Of a DNA stretch of 64,000 nucleotides, positions 36,951-46,329 are shown piece after piece. The position numbers and the translations under genes are program-made. How positions within the stretch are numbered: position 1 is the first letter of the stretch; each line of letters begins with the position of its first letter. Origin of the DNA: a virus (lineage: Duplodnaviria > Heunggongvirae > Uroviricota > Caudoviricetes); IMG/VR virus record IMGVR_UViG_3300021387_000308, positions 38,037 through 102,036 of that record; one strand, given 5' to 3'. Below the pieces are notes generated by a model that saw only the letters and a list, made by a program, of their open reading frames with translations, was not told the origin of the DNA and did no database searches.

Positions 36951-38102
36951 ATGAACGTTTATTTAGATAATGCTGCAACTACACAGATGTTGCCAGAAGT
37001 AATTGATGCTATGAAGTCATATATGATTGAATACTATGGAAATCCATCTGGATTATATACGATTGGATTTAAAACAAAAAATATGCTTGATGATTGTCGC
37101 AAAACTATTGCACAGACTATCAATGTATAGCCTAACCAGATTTATTTCACATCTGGTGGAACTGAGGGAGATAATTGGATTATTAAAGGTGTTGCTGAAG
37201 CGCTGGAAACAAGAGGTCATCATATTATTACTTCTTCTATTGAACACAAAGCAATTCTTAAATCTTGTGAATGGCTTGAAGATCATGGATTTGAAGTAAC
37301 ATATATTGACCCAGATGATCGCGGTTTTATCCATGTATCTGATATTGAAAGTGCCATCCGTGAAGATACTATTCTTGTTAGCATTATGTATGCTAATAAT
37401 GAAGTTGGTACTATACAGCCAATTGAAGAGATTGCTAAAGTATGTAAAAATTATCATGTGTTGTTCCATACAGATGCAGTTCAAGCATATGGTCATGTTC
37501 CAATCAACGCTCGGAAATTTGGTATTGATTTCATGACAACAAGTAGTCACAAATTCCATGGCCCAGACGGTGTAGGATTTGTCTATATTCGTAACCCAAA
37601 AACTATTTCTCAATTTATCCACGGTGGACAACAAGAATCTGGATTCCGCGCTGGAACAGAAAATATGTTGGGTATTGTTGGAATGGCAAAAGCTGCGGAG
37701 ATTGCACATAAAAATCTACAAACTAATATTAATTATATGACATCACTCAGAGATGTGTTTATTGATGAGTGTTTAAATAATATACCAAAGTGTCACCTGA
37801 ACGGTTCTCTCATAAGTAGACTGTGTAATAATATCAGTTTAACATTTGATGGTGTTCCCGGCGAATCTTTGGTAACAATGTTGGATATGATGGGAATAAG
37901 TTGTTCTACTGGAAGTGCTTGTAATTCTTCCGATGAAAAACCATCACATGTTTTAACTGCCATGGGTAGGACTGATGAGTATGCCCATAATACACTCAGA
38001 TTTACTCTTTCTGAGTTGACAACGGCAGATGAGATAGATTATGTTCTTCAATGTTTAAAACGCACTATTTCTGATATTAGGAGGTTATATGGGCAAAAGT
38101 AA
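36951..38102 (+). CDS. class V aminotransferase / cysteine desulfurase (NifS/IscS-like, 383 aa) with 1 TAG(Gln) at 37128
   Basis: RBS aaaaagga then ATG 36951. Frame 3 walk through TAG 37128-37130 to track ORF 37386..38102 checked. PLP-lysine motif SSHKFHGP, active-site Cys motif GSACNS, FTSGGTE motif. Confidence 0.75.
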
Positions 38103-38316
38103 TTGGAGTGGGTTTATAACTTATCATAGGATTAAACGTGCGCAGACCAATTTAGATAAGGTGAATCAATAGATGTTTGAAGACATTTCTTTATTACATC
38201 CACCAAAACTGGATGAAGACTATGTAAAATCATGTATAGATAATAATTAGCCAATTGACTAGGAGCAATAAATTACTCGGCAAGTTTTTGCTCCACTTTC
38301 GTTTTATATATATTTA

Positions 38317-38350
38317 GGGGATACCGTTATTTTTGGTATCCCCATTTTTT
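38317..38350 (+). terminator. rho-independent terminator (GGGGATACC-gttattttt-GGTATCCCC then atttttt)
   Basis: Perfect 9-bp GC-rich stem plus T tract, 215 nt after the cysteine desulfurase stop. Confidence 0.7.
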
Positions 38351-38474
38351 ACCATTTTACGTACTTGTATATAACTAGGAATTGTTTATTCATAATCATA
38401 TATAAATATATAAAGTGCAATGTATACGCTCTATCCTTTCTATAATTTATATTTTATCAAATGTAGTCACATAA

Positions 38475-38486
38475 TTGTCACACGAA
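38475..38486. repeat. direct repeat TTGTCACACGAA, copy 1 (candidate integrase arm-type site)
   Basis: Exact 12-mer repeated at 38581, in the non-coding region next to the integrase 3' end. Confidence 0.35.
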
Positions 38487-38580
38487 AATGCTAAAATGCA
38501 CATGAGAAAATGCGATATATTCAGCATTGTCGAGACCGGACACGCCTCGTCACCCCGCTTAAATACTGGGTTTGCGGGCT

Positions 38581-38592
38581 TTGTCACACGAA
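38581..38592. repeat. direct repeat TTGTCACACGAA, copy 2
   Basis: Exact match to 38475-38486. Confidence 0.35.
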
Positions 38593-38603
38593 TTTGGCAC
38601 ACA

Positions 38604-39914
38604 CTAAGCTAGGGATGATTTTACCATCTTTTTTTCGGCGCTTTCCATGTAAAATTTTTTCTTATCAAAATTTTGAATGTCGTATGTGTAATGAAGATCA
38701 TTGACCCTTGGAGTGTTACCAATTAGGCTTCCAGCTTCAGTAGCAGATACACCATCAAATCTTAGATAAGAATTAAATGTCCTTCTGATAGCATGAATAC
38801 TTTTGTGTGAATCGAATTTGATCTGCTCACATTTATGATTCATGTATGCAGTAAGGTTTTTACATCTCAGCTTTTGACCGTCAAAAGAAAAAACAAAGTC
38901 ACCCTCTTGACCATATTCGCGCTGTAAATCCCGCATCTTATTCAGAAAGGTATTGATCTCTTCCGTAATAGGAATCGTTCTTGTCTTACCAGTCTTTGTT
39001 TTGGATTGCTCGTAAGTTTTATTGACTACATCATATTTCTCAGATTCACATACTATTATATGGTCGTTGAGAACGTATTTCCAACGAAGTCCAGCAATCT
39101 CACCGCATCTCATTCCAGTGAGTAGTGCAAATTGAACTCCATAAGGATAAATGTAATCTTTCTTGCGCAAGATGTCGGAATTTATTTTGTTGATCAGGAT
39201 AGTCAATTCTTCTTGAGAAAGAGTACGTTCTTCAATAGTTTTTTCATCCGTGTTGTAGAACTTCACGAACTTCTTCTTATCAACAAACTGACACGGGTTA
39301 TCTTGCGGTGGAATAACCTTATCTATAACAGCATTGTAAAATACACCACTGATATAAGAATATAATCCATCTGCTCCTCTCCGCTTAAGATTGAACTTTT
39401 TTATGTTGTTTATCATAAATAGTTCAATATCTTTTGAAGTAATCGATGATAAGTCTGCTCTAGCGAACGGAGTACCGTCAAAAAACCGAAACCAGTCTGT
39501 CTCATAGCGTCTTATACTGTTGTTGGATTTGCCGTATTCTTTCTGCATCTCCATCCACTTGTCATGACCTTTGGAAAAAGTATATGTTTTATCCTCTGGT
39601 TCTTCTTCCCCAGTATAAAAGCGCACTATTAAATCTTCTAACTCTTTCAGAGTTTTCTTACTCTTTTGAACTATCTTGCCATCAACATTAAATCTTGTTA
39701 ACCACCTGTCTTTCTTCTCGTTGTACTTTGGTTCGTATGGATGTTGTAACAGTATACGTTTACGTTTCTCCATCTCGATCAACTCACGTATACATTGCAA
39801 GTCCATATTACCACTTTCTTCAATACTTTTCAATGCTGCATCTAATTCGTTAATATTATTAGGGGTAACCTCTTCGGCTACCCCATTTTTTACCATTTTT
39901 CTACTCATAGGCAT
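38604..39914 (-). CDS. tyrosine recombinase / phage integrase (436 aa), TAG stop
   Basis: Track ORF. Catalytic motifs LLTGMRCGEI (Arg), HAIRRTF (His-x-x-Arg), C-terminal Tyr in LHYTYD. The stop is TAG at 38604-38606. Confidence 0.8.
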   Translation of the reverse strand: MPMSRKMVKNGVAEEVTPNNINELDAALKSIEESGNMDLQCIRELIEMEKRKRILLQHPYEPKYNEKKDRWLTRFNVDGKIVQKSKKTLKELEDLIVRFYTGEEEPEDKTYTFSKGHDKWMEMQKEYGKSNNSIRRYETDWFRFFDGTPFARADLSSITSKDIELFMINNIKKFNLKRRGADGLYSYISGVFYNAVIDKVIPPQDNPCQFVDKKKFVKFYNTDEKTIEERTLSQEELTILINKINSDILRKKDYIYPYGVQFALLTGMRCGEIAGLRWKYVLNDHIIVCESEKYDVVNKTYEQSKTKTGKTRTIPITEEINTFLNKMRDLQREYGQEGDFVFSFDGQKLRCKNLTAYMNHKCEQIKFDSHKSIHAIRRTFNSYLRFDGVSATEAGSLIGNTPRVNDLHYTYDIQNFDKKKFYMESAEKKMVKSSLA

Positions 39915-40186
39915 TACCCAATCATAAATGCAATGAGTTTGTTTACATCGTCCTGATTGTAGGCAATAATCTCAAGTTCTGGGATTTCTCCACCACCAGA
40001 AAAAATATTTGCCAGACTAAAATACTGTGTAAGTTTTGATTTTAAGTTCAGACGAAGATCTTCGCCAACAAGTTCAATCTTACCAGTACAGCTATCAATA
40101 ACTTCAAAAAATTTTTCAATATCATTAATATGATTAATCTTCATTATTCGTTTCTCCTTCTTTATTTTCATCCATAATATTTCCAA
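39914..40186 (-). CDS. hypothetical early protein (90 aa)
   Basis: Track ORF abutting the integrase. Confidence 0.4.
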   Translation of the reverse strand: MEILWMKIKKEKRIMKINHINDIEKFFEVIDSCTGKIELVGEDLRLNLKSKLTQYFSLANIFSGGGEIPELEIIAYNQDDVNKLIAFMIG

Positions 40187-41147
40187 TATCTGTAATCACT
40201 GTCCCAGATCCTGATACAACTGGAAGTTTGCCATCCCACTTAGCAATCTTTTCGTTTTCAATAAGTTCTGGTGTAAGAGATTCTGCAATTAATTTATTTG
40301 CCTCAGCCTGTGCTTGTGCTTTCACACGAATAGCTTCTGCTTCACCCTCAGCTTTAATACGAATCTGTTCAGCTTTGGATTCCGCACTAATCTTTTTAGC
40401 ATCAGCTTCCGCTTGTGCTTTAATGCGAGACTGTTCTGCTTCTGCCTCAACTTGAATCGTTGTCTGCTTATTTGTATATTCAGCAGTTTCAGCAGCAAGT
40501 TTAGCCTGAGCTTTCTTCTCAATGGCACTGTTATAAGCGTCTGAGAAATTAATATTTCCGATTGTCACAGATACAATATTAACAATCTGATTTTTATATT
40601 TTGTATTTAGTGAATTCTGAATACATTCTTTAGCAACTTTTTCAATCTTGGATCGATCAGTTACATCTGTATCATTAAACTGTTTAGTTGCTGCTTTAAT
40701 TCCAGACTCGATAGATGTTGCTTTAATAAGATTAGTATCCCATTCCTCAACATTTGTCCAAATCCATGCTGCATACTCCGCATTGATCTGATAGTCAATT
40801 GCAATATTTTCACAGTACAATTCTGTACGTTCGTTTGTTTCAGACCAAATCTGACCAGAATAGATAATCTCCTGCTGTTTGCAGTTAATGTTATTAATTT
40901 TTTCAACAAACGGAATCTTCCAGTTAAGTCCACTCTGAGTCGGCTTGTCAGAAATCTGTCCATACATTGTTCTCACACCTACATACCCAGACGGTACAAA
41001 GCTAAAAGAGCATCCAAATAGAATTGCTATAAGCCCAACAATTGAAATAAAAATTGGCGCAACTTTTTTTATACTAATCATTAATGCCACGCCACCAACA
41101 GTAAAAATAAAACCACCAATAAGCAAAATCGCTTTAATACTATTCAT
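40134..41147 (-). CDS. SPFH/band-7 (prohibitin/HflK-like) membrane protein (337 aa)
   Basis: N-terminal TM segments, GYVGVRTMYGQI and FSDAYNSAIEKKAQAKLAAETAEY motifs, long Ala/Glu/Lys-rich coiled coil. Confidence 0.65.
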   Translation of the reverse strand: MNSIKAILLIGGFIFTVGGVALMISIKKVAPIFISIVGLIAILFGCSFSFVPSGYVGVRTMYGQISDKPTQSGLNWKIPFVEKINNINCKQQEIIYSGQIWSETNERTELYCENIAIDYQINAEYAAWIWTNVEEWDTNLIKATSIESGIKAATKQFNDTDVTDRSKIEKVAKECIQNSLNTKYKNQIVNIVSVTIGNINFSDAYNSAIEKKAQAKLAAETAEYTNKQTTIQVEAEAEQSRIKAQAEADAKKISAESKAEQIRIKAEGEAEAIRVKAQAQAEANKLIAESLTPELIENEKIAKWDGKLPVVSGSGTVITDIGNIMDENKEGETNNED

Positions 41148-41307
41148 CTAAAATCTCCTCGTTATAAATTGATGTAATTCCAATCATCATTCCACAATCG
41201 AAACATTCATAATAATCGTGGTGAGTTGGGTTCTCATCATCAGGAAACGGTTCACTGATAAGTTCCATAATCCCACCACAATATGGACATAATATTTTCT
41301 TACCCAT
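41140..41307 (-). CDS. small zinc-ribbon protein (55 aa, CPYCGG ... CFDCG), TAG stop
   Basis: ATG overlaps the dUTPase stop (TAATG). Four-Cys motif. Too short for the track. Confidence 0.4.
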   Translation of the reverse strand: MGKKILCPYCGGIMELISEPFPDDENPTHHDYYECFDCGMMIGITSIYNEEILDE

Positions 41308-41747
41308 TAGGTAACCCCTGTAGAGCCAAATCCACCACGGTTGGGGTTATCAAGATTATCTACTTCATTGAAGTGGATTATTGGCTGTTTCTTAACAATT
41401 CTAAACTGGCAGATTCTGTCACCTCTATAGATGGTAGTCTTCCTCATAGCTAATGCTGGGAACCTCCACCAATCATCATTGCCACAATAACTGTGATCTA
41501 TTACACCAAAATGGTTGGTTTGGATAATACCGAATTTTTTAAAAGTACTACTTCTAGGTACGATGTGCGCTTCGTATCCTTCAGGTAATTCCATAGCAAC
41601 ACCGAGATTAATAATTCTGAAGTCACCTGGCAGCATCGTTACAGTTTCAGCTGACCTCAAATCAATCCAATCGCTCTTTTCCCCATCGATATACTCAAGT
41701 TTCGGCATATCCTTGTCAATATACTTAATCTTAATTGTCTCACTCAT
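41307..41747 (-). CDS. dut: dUTP diphosphatase (trimeric dUTPase)
   Basis: Motifs [18 protein letters not shown]. Confidence 0.85.
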   Translation of the reverse strand: MSETIKIKYIDKDMPKLEYIDGEKSDWIDLRSAETVTMLPGDFRIINLGVAMELPEGYEAHIVPRSSTFKKFGIIQTNHFGVIDHSYCGNDDWWRFPALAMRKTTIYRGDRICQFRIVKKQPIIHFNEVDNLDNPNRGGFGSTGVT

Positions 41748-42090
41748 TCTTATTATCTTCCTTTAATATATTATTTCTAATTAATCTATCAATTATTTCG
41801 TTATATACTTTAACAGTTTTTTCATACACAGAATTGTTGTATCTCACATCTGGATCATAAAATGGTGGATAACAACATCCATCCTCACATACTATGCTAT
41901 ACATAACTATTGGTATATTACTTTCAAAATAAATAATCATTTTAAAGGTTACATAAGGATTCTTGGTATTATCATAGCAATATAAATATCTTTTATAAAA
42001 ATATTCTCCACCATATCTTACAAATCCAGATTTCAATAACTGATCCTGTGATACTTTACTATTAACTTTAAATTTTTTAGGTTCAATCAT
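41740..42090 (-). CDS. hypothetical early protein (116 aa)
   Basis: Track ORF, abuts dut. Confidence 0.45.
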   Translation of the reverse strand: MIEPKKFKVNSKVSQDQLLKSGFVRYGGEYFYKRYLYCYDNTKNPYVTFKMIIYFESNIPIVMYSIVCEDGCCYPPFYDPDVRYNNSVYEKTVKVYNEIIDRLIRNNILKEDNKNE

Positions 42091-42310
42091 TCTTTATCTT
42101 CACCTTATCTTCGCAAGGTATACACGCTCCCCAGATATACCATTTATCACGTACTGAACAATAAACCATGATCTTAGCTTTGTTAGATTCATTAAGTATT
42201 GATTTGGCACAATCTTCACAATCTTTTCCAGCTATAATCATTCCCATTCCTCATCTTCATCATCATCGGTATCATCACCATAGCATCCATACTCTTCGTC
42301 TTCTGGATCA

Positions 42311-42637
42311 TTAGGTTTCTTCGAGAATATAAATATGATTCTTCTTTCCAACGATTTCATATCTTCCTTTCGTAGCATTTAAATATTCGTCATCGGTAAA
42401 TAATACTTCGAATCTATATTTTTCAGTAGAAATCTCTCTGGGTGTCTGAGAGAGGATACCAACCAAACACCCAGTGATTAATAAACTTATTACTACATAC
42501 TGCAATTCTAAATCCGTGTAATAGAAACACTTCATACAAACTACAGCAAATACTACTATTGATAATAATGTCAGAAATAAGATTATGGAAAAGAAGATAT
42601 TAGATTTCATTACTGGATATCTATTTAATATTTCCAT
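42311..42637 (-). CDS. small membrane protein (108 aa, 2 TM)
   Basis: Track ORF, hydrophobic segments. Confidence 0.45.
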   Translation of the reverse strand: MEILNRYPVMKSNIFFSIILFLTLLSIVVFAVVCMKCFYYTDLELQYVVISLLITGCLVGILSQTPREISTEKYRFEVLFTDDEYLNATKGRYEIVGKKNHIYILEET

Positions 42638-42646
42638 AATTACTCC

Positions 42647-45600
42647 TTAACTGCAATGACTAAATCCACAATCTTTGCATGTACTACAGCCACCCTCGAA
42701 TATAAGTTCTCCACCGCATTCTGGACAAATCGCTTTTGTTTTTTGTTTAGGAACTTTTACAACATCATTATTTACAGTTGCTTCTACAACTTTAGTAGGA
42801 GTGATCACATACTCATCGTCTTCATCAAAGATATCATCTTGGATTTCACGATACATATCAATTAATGCATTTGCAATCGCTACTGGGCAACTATTACCTT
42901 TTGATGTATCATGCTTGGTCGCTGTTCTTACAGTATAAGACGGACAAGCTGGAACGCTCATAAGCTGGTCAGCAATAGAATTAATATCAACTCCACCTCT
43001 TGCAGATAATGAAATCAATCTTGAGATTGCTGTAAGGTTACAAAGGCATCCTCCGCTACTACCCTTATTTAAGAAGCATTCTAATAAATCACCAGTATCT
43101 GGATCAAAAAATGCAGAACAATGTAGAGAACCGCAGCCAGTCACTAAATGTCTTTCTTTACCAACGGAATTATTATCAACCTTAATAATCATTCCTCTTT
43201 CTAATTTCTGAGGAATATGTTTTACCTCTTCTTCTGAGTGATCGATTGTTAAAATTCCTGCACGTTTACATCCATCACGGAAGATTGTTACACCTTTAAG
43301 GCCAGCTTCCCACGCTTTCATATAAAGGTCTTCTACTTCTTCAATAGTAAAGCTATTTGGTACATTAACCGTTGAAGAAATACTAGCATCAATATGTTTC
43401 TGCCAGATTGCTTGCATTTTAATGCGTTCTTTATAATCAAGTGTTTGTGCTGTCACAAAGAAATCGGGTAATTCAGAATCGTCATCAATATTGTTTTCAT
43501 CCATATATTTTTTTACAATCGGAGTATAAACTTTATAATACTCATCATGTCCATGAAGCGACTCTGTTTTTCTTGTATAGTAATTTGCAAAAATTGGTTC
43601 GATACCACCAGACACTCCAAGCATCGTAGAAAGTGTTCCAGTTGGGGCAATAGTAAGTAGCTGCGAGTTAGCAAGTCCACAAGAAACATCTGTATCACCA
43701 ACATGCTCACTAAAGAATGCAGATTGAGCAACTGCCTCTGGATGATACTTAGGATAATGACCAATTACTTTTGCAAGTTCAGCAGATGTCTTAATAGCTT
43801 GATATGCCATCTTCTGACCAATCATGTCGCACAGATGGATAGATTCATCACTACCATAACGAACACCCATTTTAATCAACATATCTGCCAAGCCAAAGAT
43901 TCCTAATCCACACTGTCTCCAATCTCTAACAGATTCTCTCTGTTCTTTGAGAGGATGAAGTGGAATACCCTCATCAAGAACTTCATTCAATGCTTTAATG
44001 GCAATATCTACTGTATTTGAAAAATCTTCAAAATCAAAAAGCTTATCTTTAGTTACAAATTCTGAAAGATTGATGGAGCCGAGCAAACACGACCCACCGG
44101 GCGGAAGCGGTTCTTCTGCACAATTATGAACAACAAAACCATTTACAACTCCCCAATGTCTTTCAGGTTCTGTAAAATCATATACTTTTATCTTACCATT
44201 TGGTACTACACTAGTAACTTGCATAGCACGTTTTTTAATCATATTACACAGCTGCTCTCTCTTATACTGCTGATAAAAGCCAATGCAAGCCATAAATTTA
44301 ATAATTTCTTGATATCTTCCAATATTGATATCATAACTTTCGCGGATTTCATAAGTCCCATTTTCAAATTCAATCTTGTGTGGTTTATTTGTTGTAATAT
44401 ATGCATTGCAGATATCAAAATCTTCTTTTAATGTAGAAACTAATTTTTCCGCAAAAGCCTTACATGTGGTTTTATATGAAATTCTTCCACCTTTGTGTGT
44501 ATCATTCTTTTTTATAACACATCCATTTGCGGAATAACAGCCACATAAAAAACTTGATTTTTCTAATCTAGTCCATGTATCGTATGTAGAAGGAAATTCT
44601 CTGTCTGGCAAAATATTAGGAGAAAACCCTAACTTAACTAATTCTGGTTGATAATTTGCTAAATAAATTGCACGTTCTGATTTTTTCGTAAATTCTTCAT
44701 CGGAAAACAAATCCCAGATATCGGTATCTTTCTCTCCAATATTAACTTCGATTCCATCATGATATTTACTATTTAATCTAGTAGTTTGCCCATCACCCTG
44801 AATAAATCCAAGCTTAATAAAATGATTATCAAGATTATGGTTTGAACGAGTTAATGGCATTATATATTTACCAGTTAAATTCTCAGCACGACATTCTTCT
44901 CCATCTAAAGTCATAAATCTATGATCTGGAGTACAAATTACTTCTGTGTTATAGAATTTTACTTTAACAGTATCTTTTTCTCCGTTGCACCATACTTTAC
45001 TTTTTACAACGTTCCCATCAACATTAATAATATAAGGTTCAGTACCGTCAAGCTCTTCAAACGTTTTATATCCATCAACTGTAAGAAGTTTCGAATCTCC
45101 AGAAAAACATGGGTTTACTCCACCATATTTAAATTCAGGATCGCAACTAAGAAGATTCCAATTTTCTATTCTATCCCAGAAAAGCATTCCAGGTTCGGCC
45201 CAATCCCAATTAGACTCACAGATTTTATGAAATAATTCATAAGCATCAACTGTTTTAGTAATCGTTTCTCCAGTTTCTACTCTTGTAAAACTAAGTTCAA
45301 ATGGTTCACGATTTTTTACAGCTGCCATAAATCTATCAGTAATACGAATACTAATATTAGCTTTTGTAACCCTATCAGTATTTTGCTTAATTCCAATAAA
45401 TTCTTCAATGTCTGGATGGTCAACGGGGATTGATATCATCAAAGCTCCTCGTCTTCCCGCTTGCCCAATCAAACCAGTAACCATAGAATACAAATCCATA
45501 AAACTTACTGATCCAGATGTTTCTTTAGCGGCATTATGGACTATAGCGCCTCTGGGTGCAAGTTTACCAATATCAATGCCACATCCACCACCATAAGAAT

Positions 45601-45898
45601 AAGTACGTGCCAATTTCTTAGCACAATCAAAGATTTCTTCGATGGAATCACCAGGAGCAGATATCACATAACAATTTGATAAACTAATTTTTCTACCATC
45701 GTTATTAGTTCCACGATTGGCGAGGATTCTTCCACCAAATAAAAACTTTTTATCAATAATCTGCTTTTTTAATATTTCATTTTTATTGGTAATTCTATCA
45801 AGCCATTCATCAAATGTTTCGCCATTATATTGATACTTTCTTTCCCATATGTCAGTTGCTAATTTATTATCTTTACCAAGCCAATCTTCTACTCTCAT
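42647..45898 (-). CDS. nrdJ: ribonucleotide reductase, class II-like (adenosylcobalamin type), intein-containing precursor (1083 aa; about 754 aa after splicing), C-terminal zinc ribbon
   Basis: Extein junction reconstructs the active-site motif GGVNP-C-AEEPLPPGGSC. C-terminal CPECGG ... CSTCKDCG. Standard code, TAA stop. Confidence 0.7.
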   Translation of the reverse strand: MRVEDWLGKDNKLATDIWERKYQYNGETFDEWLDRITNKNEILKKQIIDKKFLFGGRILANRGTNNDGRKISLSNCYVISAPGDSIEEIFDCAKKLARTYSYGGGCGIDIGKLAPRGAIVHNAAKETSGSVSFMDLYSMVTGLIGQAGRRGALMISIPVDHPDIEEFIGIKQNTDRVTKANISIRITDRFMAAVKNREPFELSFTRVETGETITKTVDAYELFHKICESNWDWAEPGMLFWDRIENWNLLSCDPEFKYGGVNPCFSGDSKLLTVDGYKTFEELDGTEPYIINVDGNVVKSKVWCNGEKDTVKVKFYNTEVICTPDHRFMTLDGEECRAENLTGKYIMPLTRSNHNLDNHFIKLGFIQGDGQTTRLNSKYHDGIEVNIGEKDTDIWDLFSDEEFTKKSERAIYLANYQPELVKLGFSPNILPDREFPSTYDTWTRLEKSSFLCGCYSANGCVIKKNDTHKGGRISYKTTCKAFAEKLVSTLKEDFDICNAYITTNKPHKIEFENGTYEIRESYDINIGRYQEIIKFMACIGFYQQYKREQLCNMIKKRAMQVTSVVPNGKIKVYDFTEPERHWGVVNGFVVHNCAEEPLPPGGSCLLGSINLSEFVTKDKLFDFEDFSNTVDIAIKALNEVLDEGIPLHPLKEQRESVRDWRQCGLGIFGLADMLIKMGVRYGSDESIHLCDMIGQKMAYQAIKTSAELAKVIGHYPKYHPEAVAQSAFFSEHVGDTDVSCGLANSQLLTIAPTGTLSTMLGVSGGIEPIFANYYTRKTESLHGHDEYYKVYTPIVKKYMDENNIDDDSELPDFFVTAQTLDYKERIKMQAIWQKHIDASISSTVNVPNSFTIEEVEDLYMKAWEAGLKGVTIFRDGCKRAGILTIDHSEEEVKHIPQKLERGMIIKVDNNSVGKERHLVTGCGSLHCSAFFDPDTGDLLECFLNKGSSGGCLCNLTAISRLISLSARGGVDINSIADQLMSVPACPSYTVRTATKHDTSKGNSCPVAIANALIDMYREIQDDIFDEDDEYVITPTKVVEATVNNDVVKVPKQKTKAICPECGGELIFEGGCSTCKDCGFSHCS
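44123..45109 (-). mobile_element. intein (329 aa) with LAGLIDADG homing endonuclease, inserted at the RNR active-site cysteine
   Basis: Starts CFSGDSKLLTVDGY (block A), has TPDHRF (block B), LGFIQGDG and FLCGCYSANG (LAGLIDADG motifs), ends ...GFVVHN followed by +1 Cys. Confidence 0.8.
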
Positions 45899-46329
45899 AC
45901 ATATTCTCTCCCATACATTCTCACAAGATCTTCTTCAATAGCCATAGCCTTAGCTTCATGTTTGGTACAGAAACCATTAGCAATCATTGCAGCATCAGAG
46001 AGATCTTTTGCAATCCTATGATAAAGTCTAGCAAGCTTCAGATGGTTTTTGAGTTCAAGCTTTTCAGAACAAACATCAATACCAACCTTTTCATCAAACT
46101 CATCTTTCTCATCACAATAAGCATTGGCTGTGATATTATTTTCTCTCATCAGAAAATCAAATATAGTATACTTACGACTCGCGTTTCTAATCAATCGTTT
46201 ATATTTGTCCTTAATACCAGCCTTGAGATCATTCTCAATACCTTTTTCAACCATCTTACCCTGAACCAGACGAGCTTCCGGGATAACCTTAAATTCTTTA
46301 TTTCTAACATTAACTTTCTTCATAATCAA
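45895..46329 (-). CDS. hypothetical early protein (144 aa)
   Basis: Track ORF, start overlaps the next gene's stop. Confidence 0.45.
   Translation of the reverse strand: MIMKKVNVRNKEFKVIPEARLVQGKMVEKGIENDLKAGIKDKYKRLIRNASRKYTIFDFLMRENNITANAYCDEKDEFDEKVGIDVCSEKLELKNHLKLARLYHRIAKDLSDAAMIANGFCTKHEAKAMAIEEDLVRMYGREYV

Noticed and set aside
1-38102. Interpreting the TAG-fragmented ORFs as pseudogenes or a decayed prophage
   Set aside because: Fragments keep one frame per gene over many kb, with no TAA/TGA and no frameshifts. Catalytic motifs are intact downstream of TAGs, and the paralog alignment shows TAG matching CAG. Decay would introduce all three stops and indels.
36951-38102. Cysteine desulfurase as flanking host DNA (prophage boundary)
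   Set aside because: It contains an in-frame recoded TAG like the other late genes, is co-directional and contiguous with the lysin, and is followed by a terminator and then the att/int region rather than other host genes.
43441-45596. + strand ORFs inside the RNR/intein gene (43441..43629, 43703..43906, 44126..44431, 44921..45235, 45408..45596)
   Set aside because: They are antisense to a strongly supported 1083-aa minus-strand gene.
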